Origin: an uncultured delta proteobacterium
GTDB lineage: Bacteria; Desulfobacterota; BSN033; UBA1163
Assembly: GCA_963827685.1 (NCBI GenBank)
Contig: CAWHBU010000003.1
Coordinates: forward strand, 576,001 to 640,000
DNA length: 64,000 bases
Reading direction: 5' to 3'
Under the pieces are notes generated by a model. That model was given only the letters and a program-made list of their open reading frames with translations, searched no databases and was not told the origin of the DNA. Of the stretch, positions 30,392 to 42,344 are shown piece after piece (positions within the stretch are counted from its first letter, which is position 1; each line of letters opens with the position of its first letter). Both the position numbers and the translations under genes were made by a program.

Positions 30392-31327
30392 TTATTCGTA
30401 CACTGTGAAGAATTTTGGGCCGTTGAAGTGAATCATATGGGCGGGGTTTGCTTCTACCCAGACTTCCGTTTCCCATGCGATGTTATCGATATGCCTTTTG
30501 AATTCTCGAAAGTCAGGAAAAGCACTGATGTAGACTTTTCTTGCTTTGCACTTTACAAGTGTCTTCTCCAGTTCGATCTGCCTCTTGGGGGAAAGTGGGC
30601 CGTGTGATGTAACCGCCTCTATAAGGAAAAGGAGATTTTTTGATTCGTCGTAAAGCACAACGTCTGGCAACTTATCGTGCTCAGTAATTGGAATGTTGAG
30701 CCTTTTGAGGACTGCCTCATCCTTATGGAGCAACTTCCTTGCCGCATCTCCTACGTAAACAACTTTAGACTTGGGGCAAAACTGTGCCCTGAAAAGCTTT
30801 AATATCGTGATCTGAAGTTTGTTATGCTTCCCGGGTGTGAAATCAATTGAGGTGCCATCGGGCAATTCTGCAGACGAATACAGCTCTTTTTTCCGTTTAT
30901 CGTATAAGTCAACGAGTCTTCCCTTCAATTTCAGAAATTCTTCTAATGCCTTCTTCCATTCTTTCGTGTTGTATTTTCTTATTACTTCTAAAGCCTCCTC
31001 GGCCACCATGTAAACATTGTTGGGGCTGTTGGTCGGCCTTGAGGGATTGTCAGGATTCCTTACCGCTAAGGCAGCCTGCTCAAATTGGTGCAACGTCTGC
31101 CTTCTAATAGTCTCTCGCGTATTTTCGGCATATTGCTTCCCATAATTTTCTTGGATGAATACTAAGATGTCATGAATTCGAATGAATCTTGACTTGGCCT
31201 TAGACCAGGGTGTCTTTTTCTTCAGATCAGCAAGGGCAAGGAGGGTTAATGCGGACCTCTCATTCTGTTGTGCTTTAGGAAGCCCGACAGCCTTCAGAAT
31301 AGATAAAGCTTCATCGATTTTTCCCAT
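30392..31327 (-). CDS. BsuBI/PstI family type II restriction endonuclease
   Basis: QQNERSALTLLAL, YAENTRETIRRQTLHQF, PGKHN.LQ, HDKLPDVVLY..IEAVTSHGP, IAWETEVW. Confidence 0.92.
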   Translation of the reverse strand: MGKIDEALSILKAVGLPKAQQNERSALTLLALADLKKKTPWSKAKSRFIRIHDILVFIQENYGKQYAENTRETIRRQTLHQFEQAALAVRNPDNPSRPTNSPNNVYMVAEEALEVIRKYNTKEWKKALEEFLKLKGRLVDLYDKRKKELYSSAELPDGTSIDFTPGKHNKLQITILKLFRAQFCPKSKVVYVGDAARKLLHKDEAVLKRLNIPITEHDKLPDVVLYDESKNLLFLIEAVTSHGPLSPKRQIELEKTLVKCKARKVYISAFPDFREFKRHIDNIAWETEVWVEANPAHMIHFNGPKFFTVYE

Positions 31328-32894
31328 TATACCTCTCCTCAAGATGTTTGATGATTTCAGCATCAATTCCGAGTTGCGAACCAATGATTTCGTCCAGATT
31401 AGCCGGCATATCTTTTACCCTGGACACAACTTCACCAATCTTTTTTATGACAGAGAGGTCAGGCAAGGGAAGGTTTCTAATCTCTGTGGCATTTACCTGT
31501 GTATGGCCGTTAAGCGACCTGAAATAATTATCAATTAAACCAGTATTCAAAAGGGCAGCTATACCAAAAGCCTCACCGACGGACAAGCTCCCCTTTGGCC
31601 TATGAATATAGTTCACATGGTTTTCTATTCCCACGGACTCGTGGGGAAACTCGGATTGCTTCAGCACTGCTGAGTCAAGGCGTCTTCTTTGTTCTTTGGA
31701 TGTAAATCGTTTTAAAAGCACATAATTCTTCACCGGCAGCAACAGCGGAGAAGTTTCTTCTGTGGAAGCTATCGCTGCGGGTTTCTTGTTTTTCTTGGAT
31801 GGCCATTCCACCCTCATGTTTTGCATGTTATGCATCCATAGAAGGGGTACCGACCCCTTCGTTAACCCCTGGCGTAAATGCTCCTTAGCCCTGAAATCAA
31901 CAACCGGCCCCGTCGAAATCTGCACGCCCTGCTTGTTTAAGGTAGAGGGCCATTTGTCAATAATGTGGAGTATCTTAACGTCAAGCTCGCTGGTTGGTAT
32001 CCTGATAAAGCTCTCGCTATTCTTAGGGAAAATTATATCGGAATAATCAACCTCAAGTCTCCCTAACACATTTAACTCTTTATCCTTGCTTGTCGTTATC
32101 GTTACCATTCCTTCTTTCCCATTCTTACTTGCCTTAATTATTATATTCTCCTGCAAAACTTCATCCTTGTCGAAAATACCCTTCCTGGACTCAAAAATGT
32201 GAATCCTCGTGATTCTTGCCTTCCGCAGAAACCATTTCCTGAAATTCTTATAGTAAAGACCCGAGCAAAAGCTCCGTGGCGTAATAAAAACCATCTCGCC
32301 CTTATCGGCAAGCATGCTTGCAGCCATGGTCATAAAAAAAGCGTAAATATTAGGTTGCCCGCATATTAACTCTGCCATCATTCTTGAATAGGGAGATTCT
32401 GTACCTACCTTGTAATAAGGAGGGTTCGAAATTACGAAATCGTAGAACTTTTCGCTCCTTTCAAATAGGCCGGGCCCGCTAAGATATGGCTTATTTGTGA
32501 GTATGAAATCTTTGGTTAATACGTTAAACTCGAGCTTCAAGCCCTTTTCTTCCAAGTCCTTCTTGCACTCCTGTAAGACCTTTTTTAGGAGTGGAATTAT
32601 TTCAGGGTCGTTCTCGTATGTGTCTATTACCAGAGAAACTGGCTTCTTTCTGCTCAGTAGCTTTTCACAAAACGCAGCTGACAGCACGCCTGTTCCAGCC
32701 CCCGGGTCGAGCAGGGTTATCTTATCTCGGTTAATATCAAACAGCTCTGCCATAAAGATACTGACTTGCTTTGGGGTGAAAAACTGTCCCTCAGGTTTTA
32801 TATCTGTTGGCCTTAAGACATTAGAGTACAAAGCGGAAAGTCTCTCCGCATACTCTACCAGCCCTTCGTTCTTTTGTCTTTCTGGAATCTTCAT
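31311..32894 (-). CDS. N6-adenine DNA methyltransferase (Eco57I/BsuBI-type)
   Basis: GQFFTP, LDPGAGTG, ISNPPY, STGPVVDFR, NGHTQVNA. Confidence 0.93.
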   Translation of the reverse strand: MKIPERQKNEGLVEYAERLSALYSNVLRPTDIKPEGQFFTPKQVSIFMAELFDINRDKITLLDPGAGTGVLSAAFCEKLLSRKKPVSLVIDTYENDPEIIPLLKKVLQECKKDLEEKGLKLEFNVLTKDFILTNKPYLSGPGLFERSEKFYDFVISNPPYYKVGTESPYSRMMAELICGQPNIYAFFMTMAASMLADKGEMVFITPRSFCSGLYYKNFRKWFLRKARITRIHIFESRKGIFDKDEVLQENIIIKASKNGKEGMVTITTSKDKELNVLGRLEVDYSDIIFPKNSESFIRIPTSELDVKILHIIDKWPSTLNKQGVQISTGPVVDFRAKEHLRQGLTKGSVPLLWMHNMQNMRVEWPSKKNKKPAAIASTEETSPLLLPVKNYVLLKRFTSKEQRRRLDSAVLKQSEFPHESVGIENHVNYIHRPKGSLSVGEAFGIAALLNTGLIDNYFRSLNGHTQVNATEIRNLPLPDLSVIKKIGEVVSRVKDMPANLDEIIGSQLGIDAEIIKHLEERYNGKNR

Positions 32895-33200
32895 GGTTAT
32901 TTCTTGATGGCTATTTTCTATTTAGAAAACCTTTTCTTCTAATTGAATTTTGGAATGAAATGGTCAACTTTGTCAACAAAATTCTGTCAAATATCCTTAA
33001 CCCCCTTATTCATATTTACCGCACACAGAAAATAATCAACAGGTTTATATTTCTTCAAATAAGTCAAGGGAAGTTGACTTAAAATTAACATGAGGTTTCT
33101 AAGTCAACCTTGCTTGTTGCACAGCACAGAGCCCTAAAGAATCCTGGAACACCTGTTTCTGTATGTCCAAGTTTCCTGATCACAAGCGCACCAGGTACAC

Positions 33201-33243
33201 AAAAAAAGGCCCATTCTACGTACTACAAGAATGGGCCCTTTTC
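33201..33243 (-). terminator. intrinsic terminator after rpoC
   Basis: AAAAAAAGGCCCATTCT...AGAATGGGCC; U-tail on the minus strand. Confidence 0.8.
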
Positions 33244-33270
33244 TCTTATAATTATTTTTTGGAGTAAAGA

Positions 33271-36200
33271 TTAAGCAGCGCTTTCGGCGGAACCCGCTTC
33301 TCCACCTTCCGTCCCTACCTCTTCTTCGGTATACCCCTCCACCCAGAGCTCCAATTGTTTGTACTTAGAAAGACCCGTCCCTGCAGGAATCAGGCGTCCC
33401 ATGATCACATTTTCCTTCAACCCTTTTAGATAGTCCATCTTTCCTGCTACGGCCGCCTGCGTGAGTACTTTGGTGGTCTCCTGGAAGGAGGCGGCAGAGA
33501 TAAAACTATCTGTAATGAGCGAAGCCTTCGTGATGCCCAGGAAAAGAGGTTCTCCCACAGCGGGCTTTCCTCCTTCCCTCATGACTCGGGCATTCTCTTC
33601 CTGAAAGACATATTTTTCCACTTGGTCGTCCACCAAAAAGTGTGTATCTCCAACCTCTTTGATCTTTACTCTTTTCAGCATCTGGCGAACGATGACCTCG
33701 ATATGTTTATCGTTAATCTTGACCCCCTGGAGTTTATAAACTTCTTGGATTTCATCGACCAAATACCGGGCCAGGGCCTTGTCCCCCAATACTCTCAAAA
33801 TATCATGGGGATTGGAAGGGCCATCCATTAAGGCCTCCCCTGCCTTCACAAAATCGCCTTCATGGACGCTGACGTGTTTTCCTCTGGGAATCATATATTC
33901 CTTGGATTCACCTACGTCGGGTCGAATGACTACCTTCCTTTTCCCTTTGAGGTCCTTTCCAAATTCAACCATGCCGTCAATATCGCTGATCAAGGCATAC
34001 TCTTTGGGCTTTCTGGCTTCAAAAAGTTCAGCCACTCGAGGAAGACCTCCTGTGATGTCCTTCGTCTTGGTCGTCTCTCGCGGGATCTTCACGATGACAT
34101 CCCCGGCTTCCACCATATCTCCCTCGGAGATAAAAATGTTCGCCCCGACCGGAAGGAGATACCGAGCTTGGGAGGTAGAAGCAGGAAGATTCATGGTCCT
34201 GCCTTTTTCATCTTTGATGGAAATCCTCGGCCGAAGCTCTGCATCTTTTGATTCGGTGATCACTTTTCTCGAAAGGCCGGTAAACTCATCCACCTGTTCC
34301 TGCATGGTCGCCCCCTCGATGACGTCCCCGAATTTCACCCTCCCTGAGACCTCCGTCAAAACGGGGATGGAGTAAGGATCCCACTCTGCCAGGATCTCTC
34401 CTTCCTTTACCTTTTGCCCATCCTTGACCCTCAGTTTGGCGCCATAGATCACGGAATACCGTCTTCGTTCTCTTCCGTTTTCATCCAAGATGGCAATCTC
34501 TCCATTGCGGTTCATGACGATCAGGTTCCCTTCGCGGTTTTTGACGGTCTTGAGATTGATAAATTTTACCCTCCCGTCAATCCGGCATTCCAGCGTAGTC
34601 TGTTCTGCTCGCCGGCTGGCTGTTCCACCGATGTGGAATGTCCTCATCGTCAACTGGGTTCCCGGCTCACCAATCGACTGGGCAGCGATAATGCCGATCG
34701 CCTCCCCCACACCGACCAGTCTCCCTCGGGCCAAATCCCTTCCGTAACAGAGGGCACAGACACCTTGTCTCGATTTGCAGGTAAGCACCGATCGAATCTT
34801 GACCTTATCAATGCCGATATCCTCAATACGATCGGCCAAGGTCTCGTCAATTTCTTCATTCCCTTTGGCGATCACCTCATTAGAAAAAGGATCTCGGATT
34901 TCTTCCAAGGCCACACGGCCCAGAATTCTTTCTTTCATCGATTCGATGATCTCCCCTCCCTCGACGAGCGATTCGACTTCGATCCCGTCCAGGGTCCCAC
35001 AGTCATTCTCCCTGATCACGACGTCCTGCGCGACATCCACTAATCGTCGGGTGAGATATCCCGCATTGGCTGTTTTCAATGCGGTATCAGCGAGCCCCTT
35101 TCGAGCCCCATGGGTAGAGATGAAGTACTGCAGAACCGTCAGCCCTTCCCGAAAGTTCGCGGTGATAGGAGTTTCGATGATCTCTCCGGAAGGTTTGGCC
35201 ATCAAACCCCGCATCCCGGCTAATTGCCGCACCTGTTGGGCGCTGCCTCGAGCTCCGGAGTCGGCCATGATGTAAATGGGGTTTAAACTCTCCGTCGTCT
35301 GTTTCTCTCCGGAAGGGGCCACCACCTCCTCGCTCCCCAGTTCCTTCAACATCACCCCCGCAATGTTTTCAGTGACCTGAGCCCAGATGTCGATGACTTT
35401 ATTGTATCGCTCTCCATCTGTAATCAATCCCTCCGTATATTGTTCTTGAACCCTCTCGATCTCCTGCTGGGCTTCTTGAAGGAGTTTTTCCTTGTTGGAA
35501 GGAATCAGCATGTCATCGAGGGAGATGGAAATCCCGGCCAAGGTCGCATAATAATAACCCAGACCCTTCAACCGATCGGAGAGAAGGACCGTTTTCTTAT
35601 CTCCCCCATACCGGTAGCAATAGTCGATGAGATTGGCGAGCTCGCTCTTCTTCATCACCTTGTTGATCAATCGAAACGGGATCTCCTCAGGGAGAATCTC
35701 CTTCAGGAGGACTCGGCCTACGGTTGTCTCGACGAGCTCCCCATCCAATCGGACTTTCATCCGGGCATGGAGGTCGACTTCATTCGCATCGTAAGCGATT
35801 CGGACCTCTTCTGGATTGGAGAACACTTTTCCTTCCCCTTTGACATAGGGGCGCTCCCTGGTCATGTAATAAATTCCAAGGACGATGTCTTGGGTGGGGA
35901 TAATGATGGGTTTCCCATTGGCAGGGGAAAGGATGTTATTGGTGGACATCATCAGAATCCTCGCCTCTGCTTGGGCCTCCACGGAGAGGGGAACATGGAC
36001 AGCCATCTGGTCCCCATCAAAATCTGCGTTAAAGGCAGCACAGACCAACGGATGAAGTTGGATGGCCTTGCCCTCAATCAAAACGGGTTCGAAGGCCTGA
36101 ATCCCTAAACGGTGAAGGGTGGGAGCCCGGTTGAGGAGCACAGGATGTTCCCGAATCACTTCATCCAGAACATCCCAGACCTCGGGCCTCTCTTTCTCCA

Positions 36201-37401
36201 ACATCTTCTTAGCGCTTTTGATCGTGGTCACCAAACCTTTCTCTTCCAAACGGTGGTAGATGAAAGGCTTGAACAGTTCGAGGGCCATCTTCTTGGGAAG
36301 TCCGCACTGATGCAGTTTCAGCTCGGGACCGACGACGATCACCGAACGGCCGGAATAGTCCACGCGCTTCCCCAAAAGGTTCTGACGGAAACGGCCCTGC
36401 TTCCCTCTGAGCATATCGCTCAATGATTTGAGAGGTTTCTTATTCGCCCCCAAGATCGTCCTCCCTCTCTTTCCGTTATCGAACAGGGCATCCACGGCTT
36501 CCTGAAGCATTCGCTTCTCGTTACGGATGATGATCTCCGGAGCGTTCAATTCGAGAAGCCGTTTGAGACGGTTGTTTCGATTGATGACCCTTCGGTAAAG
36601 GTCGTTGAGATCGGAGGTGGCAAACCGACCCCCATCCAAGGGGACAAGAGGGCGAAGATCAGGCGGGATGACGGGAACGACTTCCAAAATCATCCATTCC
36701 GGTTTGTTCCCTGATTCCAAGAAAGACTCAATAATTTTGAGTCGTTTGGCTAATCTCTTTTTTTTGGCCTCCGAGCTTGTCTCTTTCATTTCAGTCCGGA
36801 GCTTCTGCGAAAGTTCTTTCACATTGGTGTTTCTTAACAGCTCGCGAATCGCATCCGCCCCCTGGGACGCCGCAAATTCATCCCTGTATTTCTCCCTGGC
36901 CTCCCGATATCGATCTTCAGAAAGAATTTCACCCTTCTTCAGAGGCGTTTTCTTCCCATCGAGAACAAGGTAGGCTTCGAAGTAGAGAATCCGCTCTAAT
37001 TCTCTTAGTGTCATGTCCGAAAGGATCCCGATCTTACTGGGGATGCTTTTGAGGAACCAGATATGCGCCACAGGGGTGGCCAGCCGGATATGCCCCATCC
37101 TCTCTCTGCGCACCTTGGACTGGATGACTTCCACCCCGCACTTCTCACAGACAATGCCTCGATGTTTCATCCGTTTGTATTTACCGCAATTGCATTCATA
37201 ATCTTTGGTGGGACCAAAGATTTTGGCACAGAAGAGCCCATCTTTTTCCGGCTTGAAAGTCCGATAGTTAATGGTCTCCGGCTTCTTCACCTCTCCATGG
37301 GACCACGATTCAATCTTTTCTGGAGAGGCGATGGAGATCCGGATGGCATTATAACTAATCGGGCTTTTCGCCTTTTCAAAGAATGATAGATAATCTTCCA
37401 A
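33271..37401 (-). CDS. rpoC: RNA polymerase beta' subunit
   Basis: NADFDGD, zinc ribbon, SI3 insert; start placed at TTG 37401 behind AAGGAGG. Confidence 0.99.
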   Translation of the reverse strand: MEDYLSFFEKAKSPISYNAIRISIASPEKIESWSHGEVKKPETINYRTFKPEKDGLFCAKIFGPTKDYECNCGKYKRMKHRGIVCEKCGVEVIQSKVRRERMGHIRLATPVAHIWFLKSIPSKIGILSDMTLRELERILYFEAYLVLDGKKTPLKKGEILSEDRYREAREKYRDEFAASQGADAIRELLRNTNVKELSQKLRTEMKETSSEAKKKRLAKRLKIIESFLESGNKPEWMILEVVPVIPPDLRPLVPLDGGRFATSDLNDLYRRVINRNNRLKRLLELNAPEIIIRNEKRMLQEAVDALFDNGKRGRTILGANKKPLKSLSDMLRGKQGRFRQNLLGKRVDYSGRSVIVVGPELKLHQCGLPKKMALELFKPFIYHRLEEKGLVTTIKSAKKMLEKERPEVWDVLDEVIREHPVLLNRAPTLHRLGIQAFEPVLIEGKAIQLHPLVCAAFNADFDGDQMAVHVPLSVEAQAEARILMMSTNNILSPANGKPIIIPTQDIVLGIYYMTRERPYVKGEGKVFSNPEEVRIAYDANEVDLHARMKVRLDGELVETTVGRVLLKEILPEEIPFRLINKVMKKSELANLIDYCYRYGGDKKTVLLSDRLKGLGYYYATLAGISISLDDMLIPSNKEKLLQEAQQEIERVQEQYTEGLITDGERYNKVIDIWAQVTENIAGVMLKELGSEEVVAPSGEKQTTESLNPIYIMADSGARGSAQQVRQLAGMRGLMAKPSGEIIETPITANFREGLTVLQYFISTHGARKGLADTALKTANAGYLTRRLVDVAQDVVIRENDCGTLDGIEVESLVEGGEIIESMKERILGRVALEEIRDPFSNEVIAKGNEEIDETLADRIEDIGIDKVKIRSVLTCKSRQGVCALCYGRDLARGRLVGVGEAIGIIAAQSIGEPGTQLTMRTFHIGGTASRRAEQTTLECRIDGRVKFINLKTVKNREGNLIVMNRNGEIAILDENGRERRRYSVIYGAKLRVKDGQKVKEGEILAEWDPYSIPVLTEVSGRVKFGDVIEGATMQEQVDEFTGLSRKVITESKDAELRPRISIKDEKGRTMNLPASTSQARYLLPVGANIFISEGDMVEAGDVIVKIPRETTKTKDITGGLPRVAELFEARKPKEYALISDIDGMVEFGKDLKGKRKVVIRPDVGESKEYMIPRGKHVSVHEGDFVKAGEALMDGPSNPHDILRVLGDKALARYLVDEIQEVYKLQGVKINDKHIEVIVRQMLKRVKIKEVGDTHFLVDDQVEKYVFQEENARVMREGGKPAVGEPLFLGITKASLITDSFISAASFQETTKVLTQAAVAGKMDYLKGLKENVIMGRLIPAGTGLSKYKQLELWVEGYTEEEVGTEGGEAGSAESAA

Positions 37402-37422
37402 TGTCTTCCTCCTTTTTTGAGA

Positions 37423-37525
37423 CGATGAACGACGAACGATAAACGATGAACTGTTCATAGTTCATTGTCATTGCTCATGGTTCATTGTTCATCGTTCATA
37501 GTCCATAGTTCATCGTTCATGGTTC
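37423..37525. repeat. inverted heptamer tandem-repeat array
   Basis: (CGATGAA)-like x4 facing (GTTCATN)-like x10. Confidence 0.85.
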
Positions 37526-37527
37526 CG

Positions 37528-40500
37528 TTAGATCTCTTCCCTCTTCTCTTCAATCAGTTCTGTATCGAGACAAAGGCTCTGTAACTCTTTGACCAAAACA
37601 TTAAACGATTCTGGCAATCCGGGCTCCAACGTGTGTTCCCCTTTGACGATCGCCTCATAGACCCGAGTCCTTCCCGCGACATCGTCCGACTTTACGGTCA
37701 AGAATTCCTGCAAGGAGTGGGCTGCCCCATAGGCCTCCAGAGCCCACACCTCCATCTCCCCTAACCGTTGTCCTCCGAACTGAGCTTTGCCGCCCAACGG
37801 TTGCTGTGTCACCAAAGAATAAGGACCGATGGACCGGGCATGAATCTTATCGTCTACCAGGTGGTGCAATTTGAGGAGGTACATATAGCCTACGGTCACC
37901 TTCTGGTGAAAAGGTTCTCCGGTTCTTCCGTCATAAAGGATCGTTTGCCCAGTCGTCGGAAGCCCGGCTTTCTTCAATAGGTCTTTAATCTCTTCTTCTG
38001 AAACGCCATCGAACACAGGAACCGAAACAAAAATCCCCTCGCCCAGTTTACGAGCCAACTCGATAATCTCTTCGTCGGTCGCTTGCTCCAGATATTCATT
38101 CATCTCTTTTGAGGAATAGATTTCTTTAATCTTTCTTCGAAGCAATTTGGGGTCGAAATGTTTCTGCAAAAACTCCTCAATCTTCCATCCGAGACCCTTG
38201 GCAGCCCATCCCAGGTGGGTCTCAAGAATTTGGCCCACATTCATTCGTGAGGGGACGCCTAATGGGTTGAGGATGATTTCGACCGGGGTCCCGTCTTCTA
38301 AATGAGGCATATCCTCCTCAGGGAGAATTCGGGAGATGATCCCTTTGTTCCCATGACGTCCGGACATTTTATCCCCAACAGAGAGTTTCCGCTTTATGGC
38401 AATGTGGACCTTGACGGTCTTGATGACGCCCGGAGCCAGCTCGTCTCCCCTCTTCAGTTTAGCCAATTTATCTCCAAAAACTCCCTTGACCACATTGATC
38501 TGGAGCTCTGCATGATCGAGAAAACGGTGAACGTCAGGAAGAACTCTCTTCCCCTCCGTCACATCAATCTCCTTGAGTCGATCCAAGGGAATGGCATAGA
38601 GATGCTCTTCTTTGATCCGTTCTTTGGCATCCAAATAGACCCGGTTTTTCTTCTCATCCGCAATTTTATGGGCGGCTTTTTTACCGATCAGATATTTTCC
38701 GATCTTTCTCCGCGTACTATTCTGGATGATTCGGATCTCATCGGCTTGATTTTTTAACAACCTTACTTTCTCTTGGTCCTCAATCGCCTTCGTCCGCTCG
38801 TCCCTTTCCTGCCCTTTCCGGGAGAAGACCTTGGCATCGATCACGATCCCTTCAATCCCGTGAGGGACTTTCAATGAGGTATCTCGAACATCTCCCGCTT
38901 TTTCACCAAAGATGGCTCGAAGGAGTTTCTCTTCCGGAGAGAGTTGGGTTTCCCCCTTGGGGGTCACTTTTCCGACCAGAATGTCACCGGACTTCACCTC
39001 GGCTCCGATCCGGATAATCCCGCTCTCATCAAGATCCTTCAAGGCTTCTTCCCCTGCATTGGGAATATCACAGCTAATCTCCTCTTTTCCCAATTTCGTG
39101 TCCCGAGCCACACACTCCAATTCTTCGATATGAATCGAGGTATAGGTATCTTCTTTCAGCAACTTTTCGCTAATGAGAATGGAATCCTCAAAGTTATATC
39201 CTCCCCAAGGCATAAAGCCGACCAGGACATTCCTTCCCAATGCCAGCTCTCCCATATGGGTCGCTGGCCCATCCGCAATCACTTCACCCTTTTTGACCCG
39301 TTCCCCGATACGGACGATCGGTCTTTGATTAATGCAGGTATTCTGGTTGGATCGCTTGTACTTGATCAACGTATAAATGTCAACGCCAGGATCGTCCTCC
39401 TTCTGCCCATCTTCATCGGCACGGATGACGATACGCGAAGCATCCACGTCTTCTACAACACCGTCCCTTTTGGCAACCACCGTCACTCCAGAATCTCTCG
39501 CCACAATGGCTTCCATTCCCGTTCCAATCAACGGGGCATCCGTCCTGAGGAGAGGAACGGCTTGTCGTTGCATATTCGATCCCATCAGGGCTCGGTTGGC
39601 ATCATCGTTTTCCAAAAAGGGAACCAGGGAGGTGGCCACGCTTACCAACTGTTTTGGAGAAACATCCATGTACCGAATTTCCTCGGGTTTCACCATCATA
39701 AATTCGCCCCCTCTTCGGGCAGAGATGAGCGGGGCGATAAATCTCCCTTCTCTATCCAGAGTGGCATTGGCTTGGGCGATGGCGGGCTTCTGTCCGTCGA
39801 TTTCTTCCTCTTCATCCAGAGCAAAAAGATATCGGATATGATTCGTGACCTTCCCATTGATCACTTCCCGATAAGGGGTCTCAATAAATCCATAGTCATT
39901 GACGCGGGCATAGGTGCTGAGAGAGGTGATCAAGCCAATGTTCGGACCCTCTGGGGTCTCGATGGGACAGATTCGGCCATAATGAGTGGGGTGGACGTCC
40001 CTCACCTCAAACCCTGCCCTCTCTCGGGTGAGCCCTCCAGGGCCCAGGGCGGAGAGCCGACGCTTGTGAGTAATCTCGGAGAGAGGATTCGTCTGATCCA
40101 TAAACTGGGAAAGCTGACTCGAGCCAAAAAACTCTTTGATCACAGCCGAGAGGGGTTTTGAGTTGATGAGATCATGGGGCATTAAGGTTTCCACATCTTG
40201 GAGGCTCATTCGCTCCTTGATCGCCCTTTCAATCCTCACCAGCCCAATGTGATATTGATTTTCCAAGAGCTCCCCAACAGTCCTCACCCGTCGGTTTCCC
40301 AAGTGGTCAATATCGTCAACAGCACCCTGACCATCCTTCAGTTTGATTAAGTACTTGACGACCTCGAGAATATCCCTCCTTCTCAGGGTGGTCTTCTCAT
40401 CTTCCAGAATCTTTCGAACCTTGCCTTGAACATCATCCGTGATGCTTCCGTCCTTCAAGGTAGGCATGAGCCCGATGGGATAAAGGATCTTGGCAATGCG

Positions 40501-41988
40501 TTGAATCTCTTCGGCCATCTCCGGCGTAGCAATCGCTTCGTCAAAATCAAGCCATCCCTCCGAGATGCGATCGACCAGCTCTCTCCCTCCTGCATAGGCC
40601 GCTCCAGCCGCTAACGCCTCTTTCTTCCATCTTTCGGTCAACACCAACACTCTGGGAGGGTTTCCCTTCAGACCGATTTTATGGTTCAACTTCATCCTTC
40701 CCACTTTGGAGAGGTCGTAGCGTTCCGCGTTGAAGAAAAGATTGTAGAAGAGGCCGATGGCTGTCTCAATGGTAGGAGGATCTCCAGGACGGAGCCTTTT
40801 GTAAATGTCAATCAAGGCCCTTTCGGATTCCTTTTCACGAAGGGACTTGCCAGACTCGAGAACGGGCAATTTCTCTCTTTCTTCTTGGGTCAACCCAATC
40901 TTATCCACCACCAAGGTATCCCGCAATGAGGAGCTGACATTAATGTTATCGATGAACAGGATTTCGAAGACCTCGATCTTCCTCTCTTTCATCTCGTTCA
41001 GAAGCTTCTCCGTAACCTCATCGTTACATTCGGCAATGACTTCTCCTGTTTCGGGGTCGACCACATCCTTCGCCAGGTATCGACCGATCAGATCCTGAAC
41101 CTCCACCGAAATGGTATTGATCTTGGCCAATTCCAATTTTTTAAAAGCGTCTTCTGTAATGCGACGATGTTTCTTGAGGATGATCTTATGGGTTTCCGGA
41201 TCTAAGATATCGGAGGTCGCCTTCTGTCCCACCAACACGTCTTTCGAAATCTCTTTTTGGAATCTCCCTCTCCGGATGAGAACCTTTTCCCTATGATAGA
41301 AATAGTCCAGAAGTTCTTCTCCAGTGTATTTGAGAGCCCGAAGGAGGACGGTGACAGGAATCTTTCGACGTCGGTCGATCCGAACATGGAGAAGATCTTT
41401 CTGATCAAATTCGAAGTCAATCCAAGATCCCCGGTAGGGAATGATGCGTCCATAATAGAAAACCTTCCCACCGCTATGGGGTTTGATTTGATCCTGATCA
41501 AAAAAGACTCCCGGGGAGCGATGAAGTTGGCTGACGATCACCCGTTCGGTCCCGTTTACAATAAACGTTCCGTTTTCGGTCATGAGAGGGATTTCACCAA
41601 AATAGACTTCTTGCTCTTTGACGGCTTTGATGCTCTTGGCCTTGGTCTCTTCATTCACATCCCAAACCACTAAGCGAACCGTCACCTTAATGGGTGCCGC
41701 ATAGGTCATCCCCCTTAACAAGCATTCTTCTACATCATATTTCGGCTCGGTGAGACGGTAGTTCACGAAATCGAGAGAAGCGGTTTCATAAAAATCTTTG
41801 ATCGGGAAGACGGTTCTAAAGACCGCTTGCAGGCCGACGGGCTCCCGTTTGTCCGGATCCACATTGGCCTGTAGAAACTGTTCGTAGGATCTTTTCTGAA
41901 CCTCGATCAGATTGGAGATCTCTAACACTTCTTTAATTTTTGAAAAGTTCTTCCGATACCTTCGATAGATAGGGACAACGCTCGGCAT
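37528..41988 (-). CDS. rpoB: RNA polymerase beta subunit with unusual insertions
   Basis: [40 protein letters not shown]; about 1486 aa; ATG 41988 behind GAGGAG. Confidence 0.99.
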   Translation of the reverse strand: MPSVVPIYRRYRKNFSKIKEVLEISNLIEVQKRSYEQFLQANVDPDKREPVGLQAVFRTVFPIKDFYETASLDFVNYRLTEPKYDVEECLLRGMTYAAPIKVTVRLVVWDVNEETKAKSIKAVKEQEVYFGEIPLMTENGTFIVNGTERVIVSQLHRSPGVFFDQDQIKPHSGGKVFYYGRIIPYRGSWIDFEFDQKDLLHVRIDRRRKIPVTVLLRALKYTGEELLDYFYHREKVLIRRGRFQKEISKDVLVGQKATSDILDPETHKIILKKHRRITEDAFKKLELAKINTISVEVQDLIGRYLAKDVVDPETGEVIAECNDEVTEKLLNEMKERKIEVFEILFIDNINVSSSLRDTLVVDKIGLTQEEREKLPVLESGKSLREKESERALIDIYKRLRPGDPPTIETAIGLFYNLFFNAERYDLSKVGRMKLNHKIGLKGNPPRVLVLTERWKKEALAAGAAYAGGRELVDRISEGWLDFDEAIATPEMAEEIQRIAKILYPIGLMPTLKDGSITDDVQGKVRKILEDEKTTLRRRDILEVVKYLIKLKDGQGAVDDIDHLGNRRVRTVGELLENQYHIGLVRIERAIKERMSLQDVETLMPHDLINSKPLSAVIKEFFGSSQLSQFMDQTNPLSEITHKRRLSALGPGGLTRERAGFEVRDVHPTHYGRICPIETPEGPNIGLITSLSTYARVNDYGFIETPYREVINGKVTNHIRYLFALDEEEEIDGQKPAIAQANATLDREGRFIAPLISARRGGEFMMVKPEEIRYMDVSPKQLVSVATSLVPFLENDDANRALMGSNMQRQAVPLLRTDAPLIGTGMEAIVARDSGVTVVAKRDGVVEDVDASRIVIRADEDGQKEDDPGVDIYTLIKYKRSNQNTCINQRPIVRIGERVKKGEVIADGPATHMGELALGRNVLVGFMPWGGYNFEDSILISEKLLKEDTYTSIHIEELECVARDTKLGKEEISCDIPNAGEEALKDLDESGIIRIGAEVKSGDILVGKVTPKGETQLSPEEKLLRAIFGEKAGDVRDTSLKVPHGIEGIVIDAKVFSRKGQERDERTKAIEDQEKVRLLKNQADEIRIIQNSTRRKIGKYLIGKKAAHKIADEKKNRVYLDAKERIKEEHLYAIPLDRLKEIDVTEGKRVLPDVHRFLDHAELQINVVKGVFGDKLAKLKRGDELAPGVIKTVKVHIAIKRKLSVGDKMSGRHGNKGIISRILPEEDMPHLEDGTPVEIILNPLGVPSRMNVGQILETHLGWAAKGLGWKIEEFLQKHFDPKLLRRKIKEIYSSKEMNEYLEQATDEEIIELARKLGEGIFVSVPVFDGVSEEEIKDLLKKAGLPTTGQTILYDGRTGEPFHQKVTVGYMYLLKLHHLVDDKIHARSIGPYSLVTQQPLGGKAQFGGQRLGEMEVWALEAYGAAHSLQEFLTVKSDDVAGRTRVYEAIVKGEHTLEPGLPESFNVLVKELQSLCLDTELIEEKREEI

Positions 41989-42344
41989 AATCACTCCTCT
42001 CCCTTAAGAGAGCTCTCAAAAACTACTGCACGCTCTCTTTGGAGATTTCTGAGCTTTTTCGGAAATCTCCCTTAAATAGAAAGTCTCCTCCCGCTCGGAC
42101 TGTCACCTAACATTCTCTTTGTCCTTCTGGGAAGAGACCACAATATTCCTTGCCCGGCGTAGCCGGAACCAAACAGGGTTTGCGATCACAAATTCCAAAT
42201 GACCGAAACAATCTTGCTTGGAATTCGATTTTTGTTCATTGGAGCTTATTTGTAATTTGGTGCTTCGCTTAACAAGAGAAATCTATTATTGCCAATTTGG
42301 TAACAATCTAATTTCTAAGCGCCAGAATACCTCTGAATGTTTCC

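Noticed and set aside
37402-37458. N-terminal extension of RpoC ([12 protein letters not shown]...)
   Set aside because: Translation of the heptamer array; a strong SD precedes TTG 37401
40040-40135. Rifampicin-resistance substitutions in RpoB cluster I
   Set aside because: [26 protein letters not shown] matches the sensitive consensus
38944-40161. 405-aa plus-strand ORF and other long antisense ORFs over rpoB, rpoC, tuf, groEL and the ABC genes
   Set aside because: Shadow frames of conserved genes, with no recognisable motifs
40408-40653. RpoB insert as an intein or as a misassembled piece of rplA
   Set aside because: No intein termini (C/S start, HN end) or endonuclease motifs; less than half identical to the resident L1 and in frame at both junctions
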